Positions 19,944 through 29,315 of a stretch of 64,000 nt of DNA are shown here, piece after piece; the first letter of the stretch is position 1; every line of letters starts with the position of its first letter. The notes under the pieces were generated by a model. That model was not told the origin of the DNA. It did no database searches and saw only the letters and a program-made list of their open reading frames with translations. Origin of the DNA: Aggregatilineales bacterium (GTDB lineage: Bacteria > Chloroflexota > Anaerolineae > Aggregatilineales > Phototrophicaceae); NCBI GenBank assembly GCA_038258185.1, contig JBBSQD010000006.1, forward strand, positions 279 to 64,278. The letters run 5' to 3'. The position numbers were made by a program, and so were the translations under genes.

Positions 19944-20519
19944 ATGTTTATGAATTGGTTAATGTCCATAAAACAGGTCAGCGTAGCCATCATAGTATTA
20001 TTAGTTGTAGTTTTTTCTGGCATTGTATTGCTGCGAGGTGACATCGATTTTAATAACCTTTCAGAGAAGCAATTACTAGATGCAGATTATTATCTCTACG
20101 TCATCTCGCAGACCTATCAAGAACGAATGGGATGGCAAAGGAAGATTTCTATGAAATCCTTTGACTGGCATTGCAACCAAAATATGGATAGCCGAAGCGA
20201 CAGGTGGAACTACATCAATGTAAAGTATATTGATGAGAATAATAACAGTGTCTTGAATATCCGTATTTCACCCAATGATGCGTTATTTGACGAAGAAAGT
20301 GCAAAGAGTATACAAATAGGCGCGAATTTTGACGGGTTGTATGATCCACAGCATTATGAGGTGGAAAATATCAATAGGATTAAATTGGTAAATCCGCAAG
20401 ATATAGAGATAGTAGTAGTTTCTTACCAATCTCTAGAAGCCACTGAGGCGGCTTTAGATGCACTGACTCTTGTTGGAAACATCAGTGAACCAAACCCTTG
20501 GGATGCGAATTGTGAGTAG
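19944..20519 (+). CDS. Hypothetical N-terminally anchored protein in an AT-rich islet
   Basis: ORF 19917..20519. The ATG at 19944 gives MFMNWLMSIKQVSVAIIVLLVVVFSGIVLL, a signal anchor. The remainder is hydrophilic and I recognised no family. Confidence 0.5.
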   Translation: MFMNWLMSIKQVSVAIIVLLVVVFSGIVLLRGDIDFNNLSEKQLLDADYYLYVISQTYQERMGWQRKISMKSFDWHCNQNMDSRSDRWNYINVKYIDENNNSVLNIRISPNDALFDEESAKSIQIGANFDGLYDPQHYEVENINRIKLVNPQDIEIVVVSYQSLEATEAALDALTLVGNISEPNPWDANCE

Positions 20520-20630
20520 CCGTTTCGCATATTTGGAAAGTCCGTCACCTTCAGTTATGGTTGATGTAAGTGTTAAAAAGTTGATCTAGCTATTCTTCCA
20601 AGCAAAACTCCGTTAAATAACTTTGAATCA

Positions 20631-20668
20631 AAAACGGACAACCGTGTGGCTGTCCGTTTTTAATTTTT
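20631..20668. terminator. Bidirectional intrinsic terminator
   Basis: The stem aaaacggaca/tgtccgtttt has a 10-nt loop, with A-runs and T-runs on either side. It sits between the convergent 19944..20519 gene and clpB. Confidence 0.8.
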
Positions 20669-20677
20669 GTCTACACT

Positions 20678-23289
20678 TTAACCGATGGCTTCACCGGTTT
20701 TTTCGAGCGTATGAAAGCTCATGCCTTCACCATCCAGGTTCAGGTCAGCGATGATATGGTCGCCATCCCCGACCTGACCTTCCAAAATATGCAGCGCCAG
20801 CGGGTCCTGCAATTCGCGCTGAATAGCCCGCTTCAACGGACGCGCACCATACACCGGGTCAAAGCCCTTTTCGGCCAGATAACGCCGCGCCGGGGCGGTC
20901 AGTTCCAGTGTCAGGTGCCGTCCGGCCAACAAACGTTCCAGATGCTGCAACTGGATATCGACGATATGGACGATATCTTCCTGAGTCAGGCTGTGGAACA
21001 TGATAATCTCATCCAGCCGGTTAAGAAACTCTGGCCGGAATTGTTGATCCAGTTCCTGCAAAACCGCCTCACGCAATAGTTTCTTATCCGCGTCTGGCCC
21101 CATCTGCTTGATGATGTGGCTGCCAGTGTTGCTGGTCATGATAATCACCGTATTGGTGAAATCCACCGTGCGCCCCTGTCCATCGGTCAGACGACCATCA
21201 TCAAAGACCTGCAGGAAGATGTTGAACACTTCCGGATGAGCCTTTTCGATCTCATCAAACAGCACCACACTGTAAGGCCGCCGACGCACGGACTCAGTCA
21301 GTTGGCCGCCTTCTTCATAGCCGACATAACCGGGAGGCGCACCGATCAGACGGGCGACACTGTGACGTTCACCATATTCGCTCATGTCGATGCGTACCAT
21401 CGCGTCTTGATCATCGAACATAAACGCCGCCAGCGACCGTGCCAGTTCAGTTTTACCGACACCCGTCGGCCCCAGGAACAGGAACGTTCCCACCGGACGA
21501 TTGGGGTCTTGCAGACCTGCTCGGCTGCGGCGGACTGCCGCCGCTACGGCATGAACCGCATCTTCCTGGCCGATCACGCGCGCATGCAGGCGATCTTCCA
21601 TCTTCAGCAGCTTCTCGATTTCACCTTCCAGCAGACGCGCAACCGGCACGCCTGTCCAGCGCGAAACCACATTAGCGATCTCGTCAGAGTCGACTTCTTC
21701 CTTCAGCATCGCGCTGTTGTCTTGCAAATCATGCAGCGCGGTTTCCTTCTCGATCAGCTTTTTGCCCAGTTCCGGCAAAGTGCCATAGCGCAGACGGGCG
21801 GCATCTTCCAGATTCGACTGGCGTTCGGCCTGTTCCAACTGGATACGGGCTTCGTCTAACTGGGACTTGATGTCCCGAATGGCGTCAATCGCGCTTTTCT
21901 CAGTTTGCCAGCGGGCGGTTAAACCGTTCAATTCCTCACGCAGATTCGCCAGCTCTTCCTCGATGCTCTCCAGACGCTGTTGCGAGGCGCGGTCACGTTC
22001 TTTTTTCAACGCTTCGCGCTCAATTTCCAACTGCATAATCTGACGATCCACCCGTTCCAGGGTCGCTGGCTTGGAGTCGATCTGCATTTTCAGGTTGGCG
22101 GCTGCTTCGTCGATCAGATCAATCGCCTTATCCGGCAACTGACGATCCGGCAGATAACGATCGCTGAGGGTTGCCGCAGCGATCACCGCGCCATCCTGAA
22201 TACGCACACCATGATGCACCTCGTAGCGTTCTTTCAGTCCACGCAGGATGCTGATGGTATCCTCAACACTCGGTTCATCCACGAAAACCGGCTGAAAACG
22301 CCGTTCCAGAGCGGCATCTTTTTCGATGTATTTGCGATACTCATCCAGCGTGGTCGCGCCAATCGCGTGGAGTTCACCGCGCGCCAGCATCGGCTTGAGC
22401 ATATTGCTGGCATCCATCGCACCTTCGGCAGCACCCGCGCCGACGATGGTGTGCAGCTCATCCAGAAACAGAATAATCTGGCCGTTGCTGTCCGCCACTT
22501 CCTTGAGAACCGCTTTCAGGCGTTCCTCAAATTCACCACGGAATTTCGCACCAGCCACCAGTGAACTCATATCCAGCGAGATAATCTGCTTCTCGCGCAG
22601 ACCTTCTGGCACATCGCCATTAATGATGCGCTGGCTCAGACCTTCGGCAATCGCCGTTTTACCGACACCGGCTTCACCGATCAGCACCGGATTATTTTTG
22701 GTACGGCGGCTGAGTACCTGAATCACACGGCGGATTTCCTCGTCACGGCCAATCACCGGGTCGAGCTTGCCCTGACGCGCCAAAGCGGTCAGATCACGCT
22801 CATATTTCTCCAGGCTTTGATAAGTGCCTTCCGGGTCCTGGCTGGTGATACGTTGGCCACCACGGATCGCCGTCAGCGCCTGCAAAATCGCGCTGTGGCT
22901 GATACTGTGTTTTTCCAGCAGCGTACTGACCGAACGTTCCTCGGTGAGCGCCAGCAGCAGATGTTCCGTGCTGACATATTCATCCCGCATTTTCTTCGCT
23001 CCTGCTCCGCCCGGTTCAGCACTTGCTGACTGGCACGGCTCAGGCCAATTTGCGCATTACTACCGCTGACACGCGGCAGTCCATTAAGAGTCGCTTCCAG
23101 GTCTGCGAGAAAGGCCTGCGGACGTGCGCCAATTTTGGCAACCACCTCCGGTACAACCCCTTCAGACTGCTGCATCAACGCGACGATAATGTGAATCGGC
23201 TCAATAGCGGTGTGTCCATATTCCGTTGCCAGAGATTGAGCCCCCAGCAGCGATTCCTGTGCTTTATTGATATATCTTTTTAAGTCCAT
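20678..23289 (-). pseudogene. clpB: ClpB disaggregase (AAA+), reading frame broken by a 1-nt indel after the first ~95 codons
   Basis: ORF 22873..23316 encodes the Clp N-domain (MDLKRYINKAQESLLGAQSLA...LNRAEQE). ORF 20678..22990 continues in another frame ([17 protein letters not shown], two Walker A GxxGxGKT motifs, and a coiled-coil M-domain). The junction reads gcggagcaggagcgaagaaaatg, and one extra G (GAG GCG AAG AAA ATG) would restore a single frame. Confidence 0.85.
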
Positions 23290-23506
23290 ACATAAATCCC
23301 CCGATCTTTCTTTCAAGATTACTTACAGTGTAAATCATGGGGGTATAAATTACGTCAGAGGAATATCAGAGGGGCGTTGGCGAGAAGTGAAATAAAATAC
23401 ATTAAGCCATAAATTTTTTCTAATTTGTCAAAAGTTTCACTACTTAAAATCAACTTTCCAAAATCGTTCTTAATGTATAATTTAAATTGACAGAACTAAT
23501 ATTAAA

Positions 23507-24652
23507 ATGGAACTTTCTATGACTAAGTTTATTGTCTCCATGTTTACTGTGATCTTTTTAATTTTTGTTATTATCTTATCTCCAATTAATTCTCCTAATG
23601 ATCACAAAATGACTTTGCCTATTCTCGTAACAACTTTTTTAGTCTCTAATATTTTAATGATGTGGATTCTGTCTATCTGTAGATTGATCTTTCGAAATAT
23701 TAATAAAATTACCCCATATATTGTGATTAGAATTACTTCAATCCTACATGCAATAATTCTATATGCCATATTCTCATATAACTTGCAAGTATATTTAACT
23801 ATAAACCTTACCACTGTAGGAGTAGGATTGTTTTTGTATTGGCTTACAAGAGACTTATACTTTATTATCAATAATAAAGTTAATTCTACTTTTGCTTGGG
23901 AATTGCTTGCTCATAACAATCCATTAAATTTTTTCACTTATGAAAATGATTTCAGCCTTCGGGAGGAAATGATAGTAATTTTTATTTATCCTTTAATTCT
24001 CATTCTATATCCCTTTTACAAACTTTTTATGACTCCGGGAAAGTATTTTTTATCAGTATCAAAATGGATAGAAAGCAAATTCTCACCAGAAATCAATAAG
24101 GCATCAACAACTACAGATAATAACATTCAGTATGAAAAGTTTGTACCAAAACCATTTTCTGTCAGTAGCTATGAAATCAATACCCCCTCGACATATCAAG
24201 CAAGTTTTATAAGTGAAGATGTTCCACTCCCAAATAAATATTCCGAAAAAGACGTTCACCAATATGTCTATCAATCGCTCAAAATTGCATTTGGATTTAG
24301 AACACAAGATATGGAAAAAGAATTTCCTATAACGATGGGAAGTAAACCTAAACGTGCTGATATAGTTATATTTCGATCAGGTAGCGCCCATCGTCAGGAA
24401 AACATTTTAATTATTGTGGAATGTAAAAGAGCTGACAAGAAGAATAATGCCAATGGCAAAGAGCAGTTATTGTCGTACATGTCAGCTTGTATCAATGCTC
24501 GATTTGGGGTTCTTGCTGGGGCAAATTGGCAAGTTTGGGAAAAGAATCTCGCCTATGATGGGTATAAGTTTCAATATCTTGAACACTTACCAAATGCTGC
24601 AGATCAAACTATCAATTTTCACTATGATCCTCCCGGTCAAATTTATGAATAA
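23507..24652 (+). CDS. Polytopic membrane protein fused to an HsdR_N-type PD-(D/E)xK nuclease-fold domain
   Basis: The N-terminal ~190 aa hold 5-6 hydrophobic helices. The C-terminus KRADIVIFRSGSAHRQENILIIVECKRADKK...GKEQLLSYM matches the D...E-x-K core of the type I restriction R-subunit N-terminal domain family. The gene is extremely AT-rich. Confidence 0.7.
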   Translation: MELSMTKFIVSMFTVIFLIFVIILSPINSPNDHKMTLPILVTTFLVSNILMMWILSICRLIFRNINKITPYIVIRITSILHAIILYAIFSYNLQVYLTINLTTVGVGLFLYWLTRDLYFIINNKVNSTFAWELLAHNNPLNFFTYENDFSLREEMIVIFIYPLILILYPFYKLFMTPGKYFLSVSKWIESKFSPEINKASTTTDNNIQYEKFVPKPFSVSSYEINTPSTYQASFISEDVPLPNKYSEKDVHQYVYQSLKIAFGFRTQDMEKEFPITMGSKPKRADIVIFRSGSAHRQENILIIVECKRADKKNNANGKEQLLSYMSACINARFGVLAGANWQVWEKNLAYDGYKFQYLEHLPNAADQTINFHYDPPGQIYE

Positions 24653-24684
24653 ATTTGTTGAGCTAATATACTTGAAACTCATAT

Positions 24685-24719
24685 AGGGCGACTCCGCGGA
24701 GTCGCCCTGTTTTATTTTT
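24685..24719. terminator. Bidirectional intrinsic terminator
   Basis: agggcgactc cgcg gagtcgccct forms a 10-bp stem, followed by gttttattttt. Confidence 0.8.
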
Positions 24720-26958
24720 AGTTACCACCCTCTAAATCAAGCCCGATCAGAACCGGGTCATGATCCGACACACGATAAAAGTCGGGACTGTAAAGCAGGT
24801 TGATCTGGCGTGGGGTTTTGAATTCGACATTGTAGTCCAGCACACTGGGTTCATCGGCGTTGATGTGGAACTCGCCCACACCCGTCACCTGTGCCATTAA
24901 AGTGCTGTTCGCCAGCGCATAATCCAGATAACCCCATGCCCCGTCAAAGACATAGCTATAGGCATCCACGCCGATAAATTGCGCGATCAGATTGGTGAAG
25001 CCATCCGCAGCCAGCATGGTGATCGGGTCTTCCTGCGCATAGGCGTTTAAATCACCGATCAGCAGCACATCGGGATCGGTTGCGAAATAACTGTTGGTAT
25101 TAATCCAGTTGAGCAGTGCGTCCGCTGCTTTCACGCGGTCAGCGTTCCAGCAACCCTGACCATCACCGCTGTCCGCATTGGTACCGCTCGATGGACAACT
25201 CCCCTTGGATTTCATATGATTGACCACAACATAGAATTGCTCCCCGGTCGCGATTTCCGTCCACAGTTGCGCCAGTGGCGGACGTGTATTGCGCGTGTAC
25301 GGATCAACATCATCCAGCACAGCGAAAGCATGACTCGGCGTGACCGTGGCCGGCTTATAAATCAAGCCAACGCGGATGGCGTCCCTGCCGATGCGTCCGG
25401 TGTCGATGAACTGATACGTTCCCGTGCCAGCCACAGCATTAATACCCGCCACCAGATCCGCTATCGCCTGATTAGCATCATCGTCGTTTTCCAGCTCGAC
25501 TAGCCCGATAATGTCCGCGTCTAAGGCGATAATCGCGCTGACGGTTTTGGCGCGCTGGCGATCATATTCTACCTGACTATTCGCGCCCCGGCAGTTCCCC
25601 GGCGCGGTATTGCCGCCAATGAAACAGCCGGTGGCATCATTGGTAAAGGTGTTGAAATAATTCAGGACATTGAAACTCGCCACCGTGAGAGTCGCCGCGC
25701 CCACATCGGGCAATGCCGTTGGCCGAGGATTCGGCGTACTGTCGAAGTTCAGCGGATTTATCACGCGCACGCGATAGTTGACCGTCGTTTCGCCATTATT
25801 TTGTGCCCTCCCCCGTGACTGCGTGAAAATCCCCGTCACGCCCGTCACGCTGTAACCACCTCGTACGGTACTCTGCGCGGTCAGTTCCGGCGCTGGGAAG
25901 ACAATCGGGTCAGGATTTTGTGTCAGGTAGGTATCATCAATAATGATCCGATTAAGGGAATTGGCCGCCAGCACAGCCTGCGCCGCTGCGCCGGGGGCCG
26001 CGATGTTGGTCGGCTGCGCTAAACGTCCACCGCTGGAAAGCACCAGTTCGCCATGTCGCCCAAGCTGGAACAATTCCGTGACCGAAAGGGACTGCGGCAA
26101 CGTTACCAGCATACTTTCATAGCGTTCCTGCGCATCAACCGCCGAAAACGGCAGGCTCACCTCAATTGGTGCAGGCAGCAGATTCCCCGTACTGCACACG
26201 ATCACGCTCTGAGCATCAGCCACTCTAAGCTGAGTCTCTGACGCACCGCTGGCCGGGAATTCTGAGATTGTGCCGGTCACCTGCACCCGATCCCCCGGGT
26301 TAACAAAACTGCTGGTGGCATCTGTAAAGACGAAAATACCATCGGATGTGGCCGGGTCGCCATCTCCAGCATCCTGCACATAAAAACCGCGCAGATCAAA
26401 CGTATCCGCGTTAGCATCATCTTCAAAATCACCGGTAACGATGCCTTCAATGGTCTGTGTGCCACTGAGGGCGAAACTCGCGCCGCTGCCCTGAATAGCA
26501 CCGATGGCAGTATCGGGCATGTCACACGCGCTGGATATCACCGGAGGGGTCACTTCAGCAGTCGGCTCAGGGGTGGCTTCTCCGCCCAACGCCGTGAACG
26601 ATAAACTTACACTAACCAGAAAATCACTTTCATCGGCGGTGCTGTCGGCGCCATCCATAAACACACTGACGGTACATACATCACCGGCAATCAGCGCTGT
26701 CGCAGGTGTAAAGGTATAGATATCACCCGAACCGCTCACCGTAAAATCCACCGTGCCCATCTGCTGGCAGTCCAGCCCAAAGCCAGTTGCATCCAAACGC
26801 GTGGCGGTAGCTCCATTGAGCGTCAGCGTAATCGACCCCCCGGCTTCTAGCTGGAGTCCCGGCGCATCGGGTTGTGGCAGAACAGAACCGACTATGCCAA
26901 AAGTGAGCAGCAGCGTAATCAGCAAACTTATTGGTCGAACAAAATGGATACGAAGCAT
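24718..26958 (-). CDS. ExeM/NucH-family extracellular nuclease (endonuclease/exonuclease/phosphatase fold)
   Basis: Signal anchor MLRIHFVRPISLLITLLLTF. The N-terminal segment TIEGIVTGDF...GFYVQD...DGIFVF is typical of ExeM/NucH. EEP motifs are TVASFNVLNYF, IIGLVELEN and SDHDPVLIGL. Confidence 0.85.
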   Translation of the reverse strand: MLRIHFVRPISLLITLLLTFGIVGSVLPQPDAPGLQLEAGGSITLTLNGATATRLDATGFGLDCQQMGTVDFTVSGSGDIYTFTPATALIAGDVCTVSVFMDGADSTADESDFLVSVSLSFTALGGEATPEPTAEVTPPVISSACDMPDTAIGAIQGSGASFALSGTQTIEGIVTGDFEDDANADTFDLRGFYVQDAGDGDPATSDGIFVFTDATSSFVNPGDRVQVTGTISEFPASGASETQLRVADAQSVIVCSTGNLLPAPIEVSLPFSAVDAQERYESMLVTLPQSLSVTELFQLGRHGELVLSSGGRLAQPTNIAAPGAAAQAVLAANSLNRIIIDDTYLTQNPDPIVFPAPELTAQSTVRGGYSVTGVTGIFTQSRGRAQNNGETTVNYRVRVINPLNFDSTPNPRPTALPDVGAATLTVASFNVLNYFNTFTNDATGCFIGGNTAPGNCRGANSQVEYDRQRAKTVSAIIALDADIIGLVELENDDDANQAIADLVAGINAVAGTGTYQFIDTGRIGRDAIRVGLIYKPATVTPSHAFAVLDDVDPYTRNTRPPLAQLWTEIATGEQFYVVVNHMKSKGSCPSSGTNADSGDGQGCWNADRVKAADALLNWINTNSYFATDPDVLLIGDLNAYAQEDPITMLAADGFTNLIAQFIGVDAYSYVFDGAWGYLDYALANSTLMAQVTGVGEFHINADEPSVLDYNVEFKTPRQINLLYSPDFYRVSDHDPVLIGLDLEGGN

Positions 26959-27178
26959 CTGAATCCTCCTTTATCCTGATCTTTTGGGGTATGGCTAAAC
27001 ACGATAACATATTTCTTCAGAATCACGCTCAAATATAACAATTTTGATTAACGGGTTTTTAAGCGCATCGTACCGTTTCAGATTTTTAAACAGCCCGAAT
27101 GTCGAAATTAACTGTGCTCAGTCCCATACCATAGTACAATGCAGAAAAGTTATATTTGTCACACATAAGGAGTCTGGT

Positions 27179-27379
27179 ATGGATAAGTGGGAATATCTGG
27201 TCGTTTACCTTAAAGATGTCGACCTGGGAGAGGAAAACAGCGAAGCCGATACATTTGCGGATGCGGATATATTTACGGAGCGCCTGAATACCTACGGTCA
27301 GGCGGGCTGGGAACTGGTCAGCTTCCAATGGACAGATAACGGCGCTAAGGCCGCCCTCAAGCGGTCATTAAAACGTTAA
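27179..27379 (+). CDS. DUF4177-like small protein
   Basis: MDKWEYLVVYLKD...LNTYGQAGWELVSF. AAGGAG lies 6 nt upstream of the ATG at 27179. The longer ORF-track start at 27044 has no support. Confidence 0.65.
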   Translation: MDKWEYLVVYLKDVDLGEENSEADTFADADIFTERLNTYGQAGWELVSFQWTDNGAKAALKRSLKR

Positions 27380-27524
27380 CCTTTAAGGCTGGTTTAGGAC
27401 AGCGCGGATCAATACAGCCGTGGCGCTTTAAGTCTGGCGCTGTCTGGGTGCCAGTGATAGCATTAATGCGCTGTCCTGACAGCATCAACATCAGCCAACC
27501 ACAGCACAGAGAAAGTAAATCCAG

Positions 27525-28367
27525 ATGCCCCGTAAACCTCTGATCGTGCTGCCGGTAGAAGCACCGGTACACCAAGCGGCTTTTGACCTTGTCACAACCC
27601 TGATTGAATCTGTTCAAAAGAGTGATGCTCACCTGGAACAGGGTGATATCGTGGCGATTTCCAGCAAGTACGCCGCCATCAGCGAAGGCCGGGTGGTCAC
27701 CATGACCGATATCCAGCCCACCCCTGAAGCACACGCGCTGGCCCAGCGTTATCACATGAACCCCATTATCGTCCAACTGGTTATGCAGGAAGCCGATCAT
27801 ATCTTCGGCGGCATTGAAGGCTTTTTGCTGACGATGAAGGATGGCATCCTGTCACCCAATGCCGGTCTGGATCGCTCGAACATTCCGAATGGTTCCGTGG
27901 TGCTTTTCCCCGCAGACCCGTATGCACTGGCGGCAGACATCCGCCAGGAAATCAAAGCCCGTTTAAGCATCGAAGTCGGCGTGATTCTGACCGATAGCTG
28001 GTTGATGCCGGGACGCCTGGGAACATCGGGTGTCGCACTGGCAACCGCTGGCTTTAATCCCATCCAGGACGAGCGTGGCAAAGCAGACCTGTTTGGCAAC
28101 CCCATGCAGGTGACCCAGCGCGGTATTGCCGATTCGATTTGTGTGTGTGCGCAGATGGTCATGGGTGAGCGCGATGAAGCCACGCCGATTGCCATTGTCC
28201 GCAACACCGGTGTGCAGATGTCCGACCAGCCCGTCACCGTCGATGATGTAGCCATCGACTGGAAAATGTGCATCTATGTCGAGTCGCTCACTACAGGATT
28301 GTTAGCCAACGGACTGGAAGATTCACGTGAAGTGAATCGCGCCAGACGCGCGGCCCTCGGCAAATAA
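27525..28367 (+). CDS. cofE: Coenzyme F420-0:L-glutamate ligase-like protein (CofE family)
   Basis: DIVAISSKYAAISEGRVV and SPNAGLDRSNIP match the CofE/FbiB N-domain signatures. The protein is 280 aa. Confidence 0.8.
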   Translation: MPRKPLIVLPVEAPVHQAAFDLVTTLIESVQKSDAHLEQGDIVAISSKYAAISEGRVVTMTDIQPTPEAHALAQRYHMNPIIVQLVMQEADHIFGGIEGFLLTMKDGILSPNAGLDRSNIPNGSVVLFPADPYALAADIRQEIKARLSIEVGVILTDSWLMPGRLGTSGVALATAGFNPIQDERGKADLFGNPMQVTQRGIADSICVCAQMVMGERDEATPIAIVRNTGVQMSDQPVTVDDVAIDWKMCIYVESLTTGLLANGLEDSREVNRARRAALGK

Positions 28368-28522
28368 GTTACCCTCTCAACCAACCGCCCTTTCCTGTTT
28401 CGGAAAGGGCGAGAATTATCCAACTCAAAGCAACTCAGACAACCTTAATTTTAGGATTACGCAATGCCCGTTGTATAATATGCCCATAATTGTATGTGGT
28501 TTATGTACAGGAATTCAGGCAA

Positions 28523-29233
28523 ATGTCTACTCCAAGACCATTCAAGCAATTCTCAGGCACTGATCACGAAACATGGCGTTTATTGTATGCGCGCCAATGG
28601 CCGCAGGTACAGCAATATGCCCATCCTATGTTTTTTGAAGGCATGGACGCGCTGCAAATCCCCCACGATCACATCCCTGATTTTGAAAATTTAAGCACCC
28701 GTTTGGAAACACTGGTAGGCTGGAAACTGGTCAGCACCGATGTGCAGTATTCCTCTGGTCAGGACTGGTTTGAAGCGCTGGCGCGTAAGGAATTTCTGAT
28801 CACAGAATATATGCGCGAGCGTCAGGACATGGATTACACGCCCCTGCCGGATATCTGGCACGATGCGTTTGGTCATCTGCCGTTTATGGCTATCCCGCGC
28901 TATGCGGATTACATCCATGCCTTCGCGCTGAAAGCCATACAGTTTCCGGTGGAAAAACGCAAAGCGCTGGGGAGTCTGTGGTGGTATTCGATTGAGTTCG
29001 GTTTTATGCGTGAGCAGGGGGAAGTCAAAGCCTTTGGCGCCGGTCTGATGTCGGGTTATACCGAGTTAGAACGCGCTTATCAGGGGCTAACGCCGATTGT
29101 ACCCTACAGCCTGGATGAAATCGCGCAGATCGACCCCAGCCCGCATGAATATCATCAAAAAATGTTTGTGTTTGAATCGTTCGATCAATTAGATCAGGCG
29201 CTACATGATTGGCTGGCAGTTGCGAAGTTGTAA
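28523..29233 (+). CDS. phhA: Phenylalanine 4-hydroxylase (pterin-dependent aromatic amino acid hydroxylase, short bacterial form)
   Basis: The iron-ligand region PDIWHDAFGHLPFM matches the H-x4-H motif. WWYSIEFGF and GAGLMSGYTE are also present. The start is placed at MSTPRPF (28523). Confidence 0.85.
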   Translation: MSTPRPFKQFSGTDHETWRLLYARQWPQVQQYAHPMFFEGMDALQIPHDHIPDFENLSTRLETLVGWKLVSTDVQYSSGQDWFEALARKEFLITEYMRERQDMDYTPLPDIWHDAFGHLPFMAIPRYADYIHAFALKAIQFPVEKRKALGSLWWYSIEFGFMREQGEVKAFGAGLMSGYTELERAYQGLTPIVPYSLDEIAQIDPSPHEYHQKMFVFESFDQLDQALHDWLAVAKL

Positions 29234-29257
29234 CTCCACAATTTATCCCAAAACGTA

Positions 29258-29292
29258 AAACAGGAGCGAGTTTGTCGCTCCTGTTTGATTTC
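29258..29292. terminator. Hairpin terminator between convergent phhA and the FGE-domain gene
   Basis: aaacaggagcga gtttg tcgctcctgttt forms a 12-bp stem, followed by gatttcc. Confidence 0.7.
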
Positions 29293-29315
29293 CGGTCAAC
29301 ATTCAATCTGAAAGA

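Noticed and set aside
21116-21859. 247-aa plus-strand ORF inside clpB, and similar ORFs at 21980..22564 and 22326..22721.
   Set aside because: They are antisense shadow ORFs of the ClpB coding frame and carry no recognisable motifs.
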